Notes: generated by a model from the letters alone, not told the origin. Shown: positions 1 through 12,928, counted from the first letter of the stretch. The stretch: 36,786 bases of DNA from Octopus bimaculoides (GCF_001194135.2 NC_068996.1:28714949-28751734), one strand, 5' to 3'. Program-made: numbers and translations.

Positions 1-18
1 ATATATATATATATATAT
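1..18. repeat. (AT)n microsatellite; others flank the gap at 9101-9510 and lie at 20783-20813 and 35905-35939; (TAGA)n at ~22852-22882
   Basis: Read directly from the sequence. Confidence 0.95.
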
Positions 19-869
19 AACAATCTAAAGATATATTGCAAATAACAAGCCCTAGTTAGTCTTAAAGTGACTTTGCTTTATTACCTGTATGGGCTTATAG
101 TTTTACAGTCAATATATGCGTGTATGTCAATATATGTGTGTGTGTATACGACCCTTGTATATGTTAAATCATAATTACTGTTTCATATTGCAGTTATATA
201 TATCCTTGCATGAAAGGTTAAGTAACAAATTTTAACCAGTAAAGCTTATTTAGAGTCACTAGTTTGCTGGGTTTCAAATCTCACATTTTTTATTCTTCTT
301 TCCTGTACACAATGGGTATTGGTAAAATATGTACCGTTAATTATAGGGTGTAATAAATTGATTTATTTTTGAAATTTTTTCCTGATATTATATGTAGGTC
401 ATGCTAACCTTATTAGGAAATTATTTTCTTTCGCATTTTTATTCATTTTTAACGTAATCTTTTTCCATGTAACCTTCTATAAAACATTAAGAAAGCATTT
501 TATTGCTTCAAATTTTTTATCAAATTAGTAATTTTAATGTCATTAGTTTCTCGTTTGAGTTTTGGGGATGTTTTTTTTTTTTCATGTGGTTAGGTTGTAA
601 GCCTTATTCATCATTGTCATCAGCTTCATTTTAACACCAACTTTTCTGTATGTGAATTGGTCAGCTCAAGTTCAAACTTAAATGGCATACTGCTCCCATT
701 GTGAAACTCTGCTGTTGTTACATACACGCAGATATCCTAGATTACATTTTTAAAAATGTTCAGTAAATATATCACTAGTACTAGATGTGAAAATGAAAGC
801 AGCAGAATATGTGTCAATGGGCCTAGTCTCCACTTTGAGCAGGGGCGTATATTCCAGGTGTGCTAAGTG

Positions 870-1945
870 TGCACTGTGAGTGTAGGACAAAACCCCCATA
901 GTTAAATCCCCGTCAGTTATATTTTTCATTTTTTACCCCTTTTTACTTATTTCAGTCATTAGACTGTGGCCATGCTTAGGTACCACCTTGAAGAATTTTT
1001 AGTTAAATGTATTGACCCCAGAATTTTTTTGTTCCTTTTTACTTGTTGCAGTTATTGGACTGCAGCCATGCTGGGGCATCACCTTGAATTTTTAGACAAC
1101 TATATCAAACCCAGAAGTTTTTTTTAAGCCTGCTCAAAACCACCTCATTGATATATTGGGGTTTTTTTAGTGGGGGAGGGGATTCTTCTTTTGTATTTGT
1201 CAAATTATTAGACGGCAGCCATGCTGGGGTACCACCTTGATGAGTTTTTAGTTGAATGTATCGACCCCAGAATATTTTTAGGTGATTTTCAACCAGCACA
1301 TGAAGTTAAGCCTAGAAAGACTTTCCACATGCTAGAAATAACAGCCAAATCTCTTGAATTTTTTTTTTTATAATTTCATGTAAGCAAAAACGGAAATCGC
1401 GGTTGTAAAAAAAAACTTTTATTTTCCAAAATTCCAAGTTTTAAGTAAACAAAATATATTCAATTGAAAATGAATAAGTAGAATAGAATAACAGAACACA
1501 AGACTCTTTGCTACTCGATGTACAGATTGTCTGAATTCTAACAAAAGGGAAAGCATTTACTTCAAAAAATGTGTAGAAAGATAGAACTACATTTGAACGA
1601 CTAGCCTTCAGCACCATAATTCTGTTAGACCTTCAACGGCTGGAGAAAGTTCAAAAGGTCAGCTCATTCTCGTGTAGAAAGAGGAAAACAAAAGACTTTA
1701 AATTTTAAAATGCTGATTTTTCTGCAACTAAAAATTCTTCAAGGTCGTGCCCCCGTATAGCTGCAGTCTAATGACTGAAACAAGTAAGAAAATAAAAAAA
1801 TTCTGGGGTCAATACAGTTGTCTAAAAATTCCTCAAAGTGGTGCCCCAGTCTGGCTGAAACAAGTAAAAAAGAAAAAACGGAAAAATGACCAAAAAATAT
1901 AACCAAAGGGGTTTTGTCCGGATCCCATTCACTGCACATCTGTCG
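870..1945. repeat. Inverted-arm structure built from tandem ~90-100 bp SINE-3'-end-like units
   Basis: Left arm (870-1280) has three units tttacttgtttcagtcattagactg...gcaccaccttgaagaatttttag...tgaccccag. Right arm (1730-1945) has two units in reverse. Both arms carry an outer ggacaaaacccc motif. Confidence 0.6.
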
Positions 1946-2269
1946 AAAATGGCAAATTCGTTATAAACATTAACCTTACTCGTTAATTTAATCACAAATC
2001 ATAACGGAAAACTTTTGTAATACCCCTGCTTGAAATTTGGTGGCAGGTATCCCAAAATAATACTGCACACCTCACAGTGCATTGCATCATAATATGGTGC
2101 TGGGCATATTGTTGGATAATGAGAGAAGAGCAGTCAAAGAAAGTGTGACAGCTTTGACAGCATGGTTGCATGTTCATTTTCATGGCAAGAAATTGTTCAT
2201 TTAAATTAATTTAAAATTCCTTAACTAAAACTTATTTTTTTACAATAATATTTTTCTTACAATATCATC

Positions 2270-2375
2270 ATATAACTTCGATCTTAATCTGTTTTCAAAA
2301 TTGATAATAAAGTGGTTCATTGTACGATGAGGTTATCGAACATTTTACGTCTCAAAAAGAATAGAACTTACATAT
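2270..2375 (+). mobile_element. Possible hAT transposase C-terminal remnant
   Basis: Frameshifted reading ..VFKIDNKVV/LYDEVIEHFTSQK resembles the hAT end motif (L.YD.VI..FA..K). Short and degenerate. Confidence 0.3.
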
Positions 2376-2979
2376 AAGTAATTTAAGTAAGTAAAATTAT
2401 ACGGTTTCTTAATTTTCAGTGTGTGCACATAAGAAAATTATGGCTTATTTTAGAATGCTTACAATTTATAGGGTATTATTAATTCATTTTATTTTAGTGC
2501 AATATTTCTGTATCCCAATTGAATTAAGTTTACATTATTTACATTTTGGATCCTGCATTTTGAATAGAAATACACAGTTTGTATGCCTAATTTGAGTAAT
2601 ACCAACGTTTGTTATAGTATGGTCAGTGTAATAGCACACCCAATGACAACAACCACCATATGCCACTGACTTTGGGTGGTTGAAAATGCTATAATTGAAT
2701 CTCTACATTGGATTTGGCTTAACCAAACAGAAGCAAAGAAAATGGTGGTGTAATGTATCAATCCCTTTTATGTGATAATGGAACAGTCCAAACCACTCAG
2801 CTAGCCCATTCATCCTTATTATATCAGACACAACCCCAGCAATTTTGAGGGGCAAGATTAGTTGGTTATATCAACCCCAGAAGGGATAAAAGGCAAAGTT
2901 GACAAATATTGTAAAGAATTTTTTTATGACACTCTAATGATTCTTGGCAATCCACCGTTATTATATAATAATAATAATT

Positions 2980-3180
2980 CTTTCTAATTTTGACACTAGG
3001 CCAACAATTTTCAGGGAATTGGAAGTTGATTGCATGGACTCTCAGGACTTTATTTTATTGATTCCAAAAGTATGACAGCAAAATTGACCTTAACAAGATT
3101 TGAGCTCAGGACATAAAGAGCCAAAAAAGTGCTTGAAAGCATTTTTGTCCAACATACTAACAATTCTGCCAGCTAGCTGC
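2980..3180 (-). mobile_element. Degenerate tRNA-type SINE (same head family as 30583-30804)
   Basis: Decayed match to ...caaagtcgacctcggcggaatttgaactcagaac...ctaacgtttctgccagct. Confidence 0.55.
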
Positions 3181-3199
3181 CTTCCATAATTATTATTTG

Positions 3200-4145
3200 T
3201 TTGTCCGTCATTGTCAACAATGACTAAGGACATCACTTGGGAGTAGATGGGTCGTGGTGTGTCCAGCTGTGGCTGATCAGTCTAATGCATGCTCGGAAGG
3301 CTCTGCCACAGGTCAGGTGCTGGTCGTCTGCAAAGACTGAAGGGAAGGAGTTGGCTCTGGACTTGCTCAGTTCGTGTTTTCTTTGTGCCCCTGCAATCCT
3401 GCTCTTATTGTAGGCAATGGCACCTTTGTTGCTGTAGCTTCATTAGGTCTTGTGTTTTCATTTCCCAAGGTGTCAGGGTTGATCTCAAAGCTCTTTGGTA
3501 AGACTTTGAGCATATCCTTGAAGCACTTCTGTCCACCTTGCGTGCACTTGCCTTCTGTCAGTTTGCAGTAAAACAATCTCTTGTGGAGTCATATATCAGG
3601 CGTTCAAAGAAGGTCACCTGACCACCTGACTTGCACTCTAAATGCTTGGCAGATCAACTCAAGAGAGAACCTCTGTGTCTGGGACCTTGTTTTGATATAG
3701 TGTTCATAAACCGTCCAAGTCTCACAGGTGTACAGTAGTGTAGGCAGTACAACTACTTGGTACACCTTCAATTTGGTGGCCAGCTTAATGTCTCCCCTTT
3801 CCCACACTGATTCATGCAGCCACCCAAATGCTGAGCTTCCCTTGGCAATGTGTGTGTTGACTTCATCATCAATGTTTGCAAATCTAGAGAGTTTGCTGCC
3901 AGAGTATGTGAACTTATCAACAACCTTCAGAGTTTCCCCTTTGAGAGTAATAGCTGATTCCATATACAGCTTCTGCACTGGGTAGGTTGGTGTATGATCT
4001 CTGTTTTCTAAGTACTGATTGTGAGACCAAAGTTGTTGCAGGCTGTGAAAAAGCAGTTCATGCTCTACTGCATCTAGGCCTCTGTGGCATTGTCGAGTGT
4101 GCAGTTATCTGCAAACAGGAAGTCACACACTGGATGCTCTTCCAC
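3200..4145 (-). mobile_element. RTE-clade (BovB-like) LINE 3' fragment, disrupted
   Basis: Minus-strand translations give LFADNCTL (RT YADD-equivalent), KVVDKFTYSGS, KLKVYQVVVLPTLLYTCETW (ORF 3604..3978), GKCTQGGQKCFKD and a terminal TCGRAFRACIRLISHSWTH C2H2-like motif. Confidence 0.85.
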
Positions 4146-4165
4146 CTTATTATTATTTTATTATT

Positions 4166-4718
4166 GAGTGAGAAGGCAGTGCATGCCATCAAAGTGACAC
4201 TGGGGTACAAATATACAAAGCCCAATATACCCATCATGACTACCCATCTGATAAGGGTAGTCCAAGTACATGCGTCACAACCATATGTGCATGACATGAT
4301 GATCTCATATCAAAATTAACAGCACATGACCTTGCAGGTGGGGCCCAGTTGGAATTTTCTGTAAGTCAAATAACCCATTCTGCTCAAAAGGTCCCTAAAT
4401 GGAGTTTGTTTAAGGATATGAACAAAACACCCATGTTTCCAGAGGCAAATTATTCAAATCCCAAAGAATTCCCCTCAACACATGGCTATGATGCTCCCCC
4501 ACTACTTCTGCTCATAATCAGAGATGTGCATATCATCAGCTACTAAGGGACATGCTCAACTGGTTATGGTCAAACAACTGACAAGCAAATTTGTAGTATT
4601 GAGCAGAATATTTGCTGTATCCCATCTTTTATTTCAAGACAAAATATCTACAGGATAACACTTCCAATCAGTTAAGATCAAAAGCCATGAGAGCTACTAC
4701 CTGGTACTGCATCAGGGC
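4166..4718 (-). mobile_element. ~550 bp non-coding interspersed element flanked on both sides by (ATT)n
   Basis: (TTA)n at 4147-4165 and (ATT)n at 4719-4733 bracket a higher-GC segment with no convincing ORF. It resembles a recurrent octopus repeat I recall (unverified). Confidence 0.55.
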
Positions 4719-4840
4719 ATTATTATTATTATAATGGACAGCCTTTAGCCTCCAGAGGTTGAAGTGATACATTTTTTCATCTCAAAGTGGCCTCACTCCA
4801 ATATGGTGGTCTTTTTCTTATTTATCTTTTATATTCTCAG

Positions 4841-4959
4841 GAATGCCAATGAGGAATCATGGTAATTACATAGTCAGACTTGGAAATGTAGTTCGGTGGC
4901 TAGGAGAACAAGCTGAATCACTGGGTGTAGATGTTTACCCAGGAACAGCAGCTGCAGAG
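4841..4959 (+). CDS. ETFDH: ETFDH exon (first in window, 119 nt): (G)[39 protein letters not shown]
   Basis: Acceptor ttctcag ends at 4840 and donor gtaaat starts at 4960. Translation matches the recalled ETF-QO segment [14 protein letters not shown]...GEQAEALGVEVYPG. Confidence 0.96.
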
Positions 4960-5669
4960 GTAAATAAAATACATATGCTGTTTTCATGTTGAATATAAGC
5001 ATTATCATACTTACAATTATTACCTACATTCTCATAGCATCATCAATTTCATTGTCATCATTATGTCAATTTTTTTCCTAGCTGGAATGGATTGGACAGG
5101 TTTGTGCAGTGTCATCTGTCTGTGTGACCTTATGATGTCACATGTATGTCTTGTCGAGTGTTTTCAGAGCTGGACTAACCACTTCTAGAACTCTACTTTG
5201 ACACCCACTATAATACATAATAACTCCACTCTTAACTATGACAGTTTAACTCTGCACACATCATTTATTTGTATTATATGGACATGACTTTTCTGTTTAA
5301 TTAACCTCGGGGGAGCTTTGGTCGAAATTGAAAACAAATTCCAGTTCTGACCATTTTTTTTTCTTAGGTATAGTGTATCAAGGGTTACATTTTCCAGTAT
5401 GTCCTTAATTTTTTTTCAAAAAACCAAGGCATAATTTGAAGGAGATTTTGACTGTTATTTTTTGGAGGTTGATCAACCACATCACAGGTTGCTATTTAGT
5501 TCTATATTGGCCCTAATCAAGAAAACTTATGAACAAAGGCATCACAGCCATGACTCTGGTTTTTCATAGAAGACTGCAGGACAATATCTAAAGTGTCTAT
5601 TCCTTATTTAGAATAGTAGGGTCCAACCCATCCCAGCATGGAACATAGACATTAACTGATGGTAAGGAT

Positions 5670-6075
5670 GCCCAGGCAAATCAAAATCAAGTTGTTTGTT
5701 GCAACTGTCAAATCAGTGCTATTATATGGCAGTGAAACATGGACACTAACAAAGAAATTATTAAATGGGCTAAATAGACAAGGATGCTACAAATGGCTTT
5801 AAATGTGAAATGACAGCAACAAATGAATGCCTTTATGGAGACTTACTGAAAGTTAGCTAGAAGATCAGGCAAAGATAGCTGCAATCATCTGGTCACTGTG
5901 TGTGCCACCCTGGCCTGGAAACATCCAAATTAGCCTTGTGGAACCTACATCATGGTAATGTAAGAAGAGGAAAACATCATCACACTTACATTGACAATTG
6001 ATTGCAGATGCTGGCCTGGAATGTATCCAGAGTCTCAAGGCAGTGATGATGGACCAAGAAGTGCAGCAGATAGAC
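5670..6075 (+). mobile_element. RTE-like LINE 3' fragment (second family)
   Basis: Frameshifted translation IKIKLFVATVKSVLLYGSETWTLTK...LYGDL...GHCVCHP...LWEPTHG.VRRGK, typical of the RTE post-RT region. Confidence 0.7.
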
Positions 6076-7332
6076 TTTCTTGCTGCAGCCCAGGTTGGAA
6101 CCCAGCCATAATAATGATAAAGGATGTTGAGGATGATGATGTAGTGTGTCATTTGAAGGAGATGTGACTGCTATTTTTAGTAACAACTACATAGGGTCTC
6201 CCTTTTCTCTGTGCTATACATCAGTTTAAATTTACTCTCTATGCTCACATAGCTAGGATGGGTTGTCACAGTCCATGTCATTTTTGTAGGGATCTACTGT
6301 TCCCATAGACTGACACTTGGAAGGCCTCCACTGATGAAAAGATTATTTAATAAGATAATTTGGGCCAAGATGATAAAGAATTCCACATTCAAGAAAGAAC
6401 CACAATGTAACCAGAGATATACAACATTCAGCAGTCTGGTCAATGCAGATGTATATATAAATGTATGTGTGTGTGTATATCTTAATATATAAAGCTGAAG
6501 ATGTGTGTCTGTGTGAAGCCTTTTAAAAAGTTTATAGAAATCCACATTTTCCACTTATTCGTAAAAATTTTTACAACAATGGAATTTTCTCGATGTGAAC
6601 TTTCCAGTGCAGTAATTAGATCTTTTAAATTCCTTTTACTTTGTGTGATTTAAGGGAGATTTGGCTGTTGCTTCTAGCAACTTTTATATTTATTCCTTTT
6701 TACCTGTATTGGCATTCTTACACATCGATCATGCGCTCAACATATAATATACAGAATAAGAGTAAAAGAGGGAGAGAGAGAAAGCGATACATACAAAGTC
6801 ATAGATTAACTTGCTTTAAGACTATTCTTTCCTTCTATCTTTTCACTCTTACTTCGTTCTTCTTCCTCGCTCCCATTTAATAACTTTCTTCTACCCTCTA
6901 CCTCAAACATATTTTTCATAACATAGTAACGTAAAAACACACACAACCACACATACGTGATTGATCTGTGACAACATACACATAAACACATACACATGAA
7001 CACATACACACATCAATATTATAGATATAAGATTTAGTTTGTGTGTGCTTATATAACACGCGCACGCATTGCTATTTTATAACTGTCTTCTGTTCTCCCT
7101 TCCTCTCTTTCTCTTTCTTCATTGCTCCCCCTCTCTCTTCCTCTCTCCCTCTTCTCTCTCACTCTCTCAAACGCATACACGCGCATGTACACACAAGCAA
7201 TATATATAACTCATGTTCGTCAATGTTTTGTAAATATACAAACTACAGAGCTTATGGACAACACATTGCAAATCAGTGAACTTCATTAGAAATGTGGGTA
7301 ATTTTTCAGATTAACACCCACACGATTTTCAC

Positions 7333-7436
7333 TAGGGTGTTAGGGTTAGGGTTTTAGAGTCAGGGTCAAGGTTTTAGGGTTACGTTTAGGGTTAGGGTTA
7401 GTGTTATGGTTACAGTTTTAGGGTCAGGGTTAGGGT
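7333..7436 (+). repeat. Degenerate interstitial (TTAGGG)n tract
   Basis: Repeated ttaggg/tcaggg/ttaggt units read directly from the sequence. Confidence 0.85.
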
Positions 7437-7439
7437 TTA

Positions 7440-8960
7440 TTTACCTTGATATTATAATTACTAACAGGGAATTTATTGGTTCTTTTAGGTGTATTATTTT
7501 TATTTTTATTGTTATTATTTTTTTTTTGCTATTGTTATCATTCCCATTATTAGTATTTCTATCATTATCATATCTAATGTTATTAATATCATTATGAATC
7601 TTATCATTCTTCCAACTATTTTTATTATTACTACTACTATTATTATTATTCTTATTGTTTTTGTGATTATTATTATAGATATATTGGCTATTATTCCTAT
7701 TATTATAATTATGAATATTTATGTTATTCGTTTTTTTTGGGGGGGCTCCAAGTAAAGGTACTTAATATTTTGCTTATAACCTGCTTTTTCCAATGCAATG
7801 TTGTAGTGTTCCTTATACTTATTAAAGATATCTTTGTTGGACAAGAGATGCAAAATTCTTTTACTAATGCCCTGTACAAGTCCTCTTTTTATAAAGTTTG
7901 GGTGGTTGCTATGTACATTAATATATTTGAGGTTGGTATTTGGTTTAATGTACAGTTCATGTAATCCCATGGTTAAATTACAATTGGCATTTAAATAGTT
8001 AACAGAATTATGCTCTTTTTCTATCATGATGGTTAATCCAAACTGTTTGAAGAACTTATATAATTTTTTCTTTAGTAGTTCAAGTCTCCTATTTGAGGTG
8101 TTTTTAAGGATAAATAATGCATCGTCTCTGTAAAGGCCTCGTCTGATCTCTGGGAATTCTTCATGTAAGTGTGATAATAGGTAAATACCCACTAAATCAG
8201 ATACCTGTGCTGAGTCTGGGACCCCCTTAATGATGTCAAAGTAATTGGGGATGTCCTTCCTTACCCATAGATTGTTATCGAATTTTATTATAGATTTCCT
8301 AGCTTCTATGATTACCTTAATTTCATTCATTGTCAATTTGGCATGTTTTTTACGGAAAATCAGAGCACTATTTAGAATTGTAGGGTTAATTGATGAGTAG
8401 TAGTTGTCTATGTCTATTTGTAGGAACTTATAACTATTTTTATTCTGTATATTGGAGAACCGATTAAGGGTGTCGTGGGTATTTGACCATAATTCTAGAG
8501 TGATTTTACTTTTTATAGTAGGAATATATTTATCTAAGATTCATTTACTTAGCTTACATAGATCGAATTTATTAGGGCAGATTAGTCTAACTTTCGTGTC
8601 TGTTAATAAATTTTCTTTATTATCCTTAATTGTTATGTGGGGTCTGGAAGGTGCTAAAGGTTCAGTTTTCTCTTCTATGTTGTAGTTGGTCTTAATCTTC
8701 TTGGCAGATAAGTTCAAAGATCTTAAAGTGTTATTAGGAACTATTTTGTATTTTTCCATTATTTCTTTATGCAACAACCAGTGGTATAAATTAATATCCA
8801 AATTATATGAGTTCCTGGTTTTGTTGGAGTGTAGAGTAATTCCCTTTTGCGATTTCAGTTGTAAATGTTCTTGAACTACAATTAAACTATGACCTTTTGA
8901 TACCAATGATCAACTTCTAATTGTTAATTGTTGCTCCATTTCTTTTCTTATCTGAATATA
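7440..8960 (-). mobile_element. Penelope-like element RT (Naiad-like motifs), disrupted, with Asn-rich tail; no GIY-YIG seen
   Basis: ORFs 8541..8906 (ITIKDNKEN...VRLICPNK) and 7719..8336 (DSAQVSDLVGIYLL, GLYRDD, YINVHSNHP, LEKAGY), with IDIDNYYSSI between them. Confidence 0.85.
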
Positions 8961-10266
8961 TTAAACCACGGTTTTACCATTTAAATTACTAACTACTGTT
9001 AATCTTATAGTAAGGCCTATACATAATAAGGTAATGCACCAGTAATTCCTACAGATACATTTATCCCTTAGACAGTTGCATAACCTCTAACTCATAATTT
9101 ATATATANNNNNNNNNNNNNNNNNNNNNNNNNNNNNNNNNNNNNNNNNNNNNNNNNNNNNNNNNNNNNNNNNNNNNNNNNNNNNNNNNNNNNNNNNNNNN
9201 NNNNNNNNNNNNNNNNNNNNNNNNNNNNNNNNNNNNNNNNNNNNNNNNNNNNNNNNNNNNNNNNNNNNNNNNNNNNNNNNNNNNNNNNNNNNNNNNNNNN
9301 NNNNNNNNNNNNNNNNNNNNNNNNNNNNNNNNNNNNNNNNNNNNNNNNNNNNNNNNNNNNNNNNNNNNNNNNNNNNNNNNNNNNNNNNNNNNNNNNNNNN
9401 NNNNNNNNNNNNNNNNNNNNNNNNNNNNNNNNNNNNNNNNNNNNNNNNNNNNNNNNNNNNNNNNNNNNNNNNNNNNNNNNNNNNNNNTATATATATATAT
9501 ATATATATATGCATATAATTTTACATCTGTCTTCCATGGTGGCATGTGTTGGATGATGCAACAGGATCCGAGTTCAGTGCCTGCTTGGACATGTTTCTAC
9601 AGCTGAATACTCTTCTGTATGCCAACCACTTTACAGAGTTATTGTTTCTTTTGTTTTTTGTAGTATTGATATTAGAGTGGTCATCATATAACTCACAGGA
9701 TTAAAAGGCCTCCTCAATTTAATGGTGGGTATTGTAGAGAGGCAGGCAGGTTCATGCCAATTGTTGAGTGGTTAAAGTATGAAAGAAGGGACAGAGGATA
9801 GGTTTGTTGCTATAGAAGAAACACATGGCTATCCTGTATGATATAAAGGTGGGTAGGAGTAATCAGAGTCAAGTTGAAAAGAGAGAGATAGAGATGATGG
9901 TGATGAAGTGTTAGAATGTGCCTTCAAGGTACAACAAAAGTGTAGACACAGATTGGGAATGACAGGCAGGTAAAGGTGTGGGGTGAAAATCAAGTCACAA
10001 AATAAACATTCATTTTCAATAAACCTTATATTTTATATGTATCAAACCCTCTTTTTTCTTTCATTTTAGCACAATTCAGTGTTTGTGTATATGTACGTGT
10101 GTGAGAGAGAAAGAGAGAGAGAGTGTGTGTGTGTTTGTATCATATTGGATGGCATAAAAGACACATATATTTCTGTAGGGGGAAAAGTGCATCTTATCTG
10201 TCATCAAACACAGTAATTTATAGCTTCTTTTTATATTGATATTTGTCCCTTTATGTAAATTTGTAG

Positions 10267-10344
10267 ATCCTATTCAATGAAGATGGCAGTGTTAAAGGCA
10301 TTGCTACCAATGATGTTGGAATCCATAAAGATGGATCACCAAAA
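10267..10344 (+). CDS. ETFDH: ETFDH exon (78 nt): [26 protein letters not shown]
   Basis: ttgtag acceptor, gtaaga donor, phase 0/0; conserved [14 protein letters not shown] motif. Confidence 0.96.
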
Positions 10345-11580
10345 GTAAGACATTTGTTTTGCTTTGTTCATTTTTTTTCTATTGTTCCAAAATAATCTTA
10401 ATATAGAGATGTATCAAACAAAGCATTGTGCCAAAATTTCTGTTAAGGTTGTACGACTACATTGAAACTCTATCACTGGATCATATGGTCCCTATTTTAA
10501 ACATATTAAGAGGTTTGCCAAGGGAGGTTTAGCTGCTGCATTAAGGTCAAGTGACTGCTTTAGCGCTGTATCACTGGATCATGTGGTTACTGTTTTCAGG
10601 TCATTTGAGAATTCAGTTGAGAGGAAATTGATTACCAAATTGTGCTGGCTACAAAACTATCAGAAGCTTTTTTCCTGCTTTTTGTATAATTTGTAGCTTG
10701 ATTCTCTTATTGTAGCCCTTTTTTAAATACAGTATATAGGTTAGATAGTTTCACACGCAAGGATGATAATTGCTAAAGATTTGTTAGTAAAATGTTTTAG
10801 AAATTTTACACATTATATCAATAATGAAATAAAAATGGTTCCTGTTTTTTCAGAGAAATTACCTGAGAAAATTATAATAATGTTTCCTGTCAAAGAGAGC
10901 CTTGCCATAATGGAACTTGTAATCTTTATCATTATCATAAAAACATCTAATTTTTTCCATACTGCAATGCATTGAACAGGCTTTGAGTACAGTGAGTCCC
11001 CTCTGTTGTAAGCATTCAGACCAATTCTCAAATCTTTGCTCTATTTCTTATGATATTCTTGGAGGTACTGCAAAACAATCCTGAGCACTGTATTTTCTCT
11101 GTTGACTAAGCCTACAAAATTTTGTTTTTTAAATACCATGATGTGTTTTGATCCTGTGTCAGCTAATTTCTAAAGTCTAGTCTTTGGTCTTCCTCTGCTA
11201 ACATACAGTACATTTTATTAAGTAATCATACAACTATTGATCAGACTACTGAATCAATAGTTCTGAATAATTGTTTTCAAAATAAACTCTCTCCTTTATT
11301 GCAGAACTTTTAGTGAATTGCCTCTATCTTTGATGATGTTGAAATCATGAAAACTTGACTTACTATGTATTAATACTCAGTTTATAGTTTAAGGTGATTT
11401 TGATCACTTTTAAGCTGATAACAGGAATTGTTTTTGTTGTCAGTGTTCTTGTTGCTGTACCTTATGTTGTTGCCGTTCTGCCAGCTTGGGGGATAATTTT
11501 GTCAAAATATTTATAAAACAAGTTTTTCCATTGTTTATTTTCAACACAATGGCTACTTAAAGATTGCTTGTTTTCAACAG

Positions 11581-11793
11581 GATTCATTTGAAAGAGGAAT
11601 GGAATTACATGCCAAGATGACTATATTCTGTGAGGGTTGTCATGGACATTTAGCAAAACAGTTGTACAAGACGTTTGATCTGCGGAAGGACTGCGAACCA
11701 CAGACTTACGCCATTGGTTTCAAGGAAATCTGGGAAATCAATGAAGCAAACCACAAACCTGGAAAAATAGAACACACAGTTGGATGGCCTCTT
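11581..11793 (+). CDS. ETFDH: ETFDH exon (213 nt): [29 protein letters not shown]...EHTVGWPL
   Basis: caacag acceptor, gtaagt donor; overlaps ORF 11599..11886; motifs [21 protein letters not shown]. Confidence 0.97.
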
Positions 11794-12928
11794 GTAAGTT
11801 CAGTCTTCTACAGATGTACTTTCACTTTTGTGGTGGGGAGGTGCTTTTTTTTATATGTGAATTTGTTATGTCTCCACATGCTATGAGTAGACTCTACTAA
11901 AGGTGGTAGAGTTAAATACCTCTCATTTCTACTCTATTGCAAGCATTCAGATCTGGTCTTTGGTTTGAAGATAGCTTTTCATGGAAATTGTCTTTTCCTC
12001 CTGGCCAAGCAATAAAAAAGAAAACAAGTAGTAACAGCACTTTCCAAGATATGTGAGCAGTACTTTAATATGGTTAATAATTTATCATGGCTGAAATATT
12101 TCCTGGTCCCAAGGAGTATTTATAACACAGTTTTGATAATGTTTAATATATACTGGTTTTTGAGGCCTAGTTTTTGCAAGAATTTTGAGTTTTTAGTTGT
12201 TTGCTATTTATGACTAAAGAATGTCAGTTGTGAGACTATTTCTTTGACATGAGTATGGACTAAATTGTTATGCTATTGAAAAGTATTAGATAACCATGTC
12301 TTCATTTACGTTCATTATTAAGGTTTTTTGCCATTGAATTTAGGTTACAGGTGAATGGCACCTAGAAGTGTGTATTGTTTAAGTGACAATATTTAGGCCA
12401 CTGATATTTGGAAGGAAATGTGTGTGTGTGTGTATGTGCGAGTGTAAGACATAATATAATTTGTGGTACACCATAGTTGCTAGAATGTAAACTATAGAGA
12501 GCCTCTGTGTATCAATACAATTATATAGCCTGATAGGGAACTGGTAAACCCAGAGGTGATCAATACACTAGAAGATTCTTATACGAAACACATAGTGGTG
12601 GCTTTGCAAATATTATTGCTAATTATTATTCGAAGCTGTTAGTTCCCAACCAATTTTGATAAGCTCAGCTGGATCAAGTCCTTTTTATCATCATTAACAC
12701 CAACAACAATGAGAAAGTCTCATTCATGACTAGACCTGCTGGAAATAGCAACTGAATTGTCCTTAAATCAAATGACAGGCTACCGTCTTAATAAGGGGGA
12801 AAAAAAATCCCCGTTAGATGTAAGTTTTACATACCCCTAGAAAGACAGGATAGTCATAGCTGAAATTCTTTTCATCATAAGTCTGCTCAATCAGGATTGA
12901 TCTGGAATAAAACAACTTGTATTCTGGT

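Noticed and set aside
941-1275. CRISPR-like repeat array
   Set aside because: Eukaryotic context; the units are degenerate SINE-end repeats without fixed repeat/unique spacer structure.
1560-1700. Transposase fragment (hAT dimerisation or MULE-like) in the core of the inverted structure
   Set aside because: Only weak, frame-broken resemblance (e.g. TAGE..SK); needs a profile search.
1-4840. Upstream ETFDH exons (GAGPAG FAD motif, APLNTPV)
   Set aside because: No matching reading frame found by eye; they probably lie 5' of the window.
7333-7436. True chromosome end/telomere
   Set aside because: The tract is short, degenerate and inside an ETFDH intron with gene sequence on both sides.
7406-7755. 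Hydrophobic Ile-rich ORFs that look like membrane proteins
   Set aside because: Artefact of translating (ATT)n-rich sequence, antisense to the PLE tail.
9061-9561. Long ORFs across N runs (also 21246-21742 and 30665-31150)
   Set aside because: Open only because N codons contain no stops.
10471-10586. Short direct repeat tatcactggatcat.tgg at 10471 and 10569
   Set aside because: Only two copies with poor similarity beyond ~18 nt; most likely an old local duplication.
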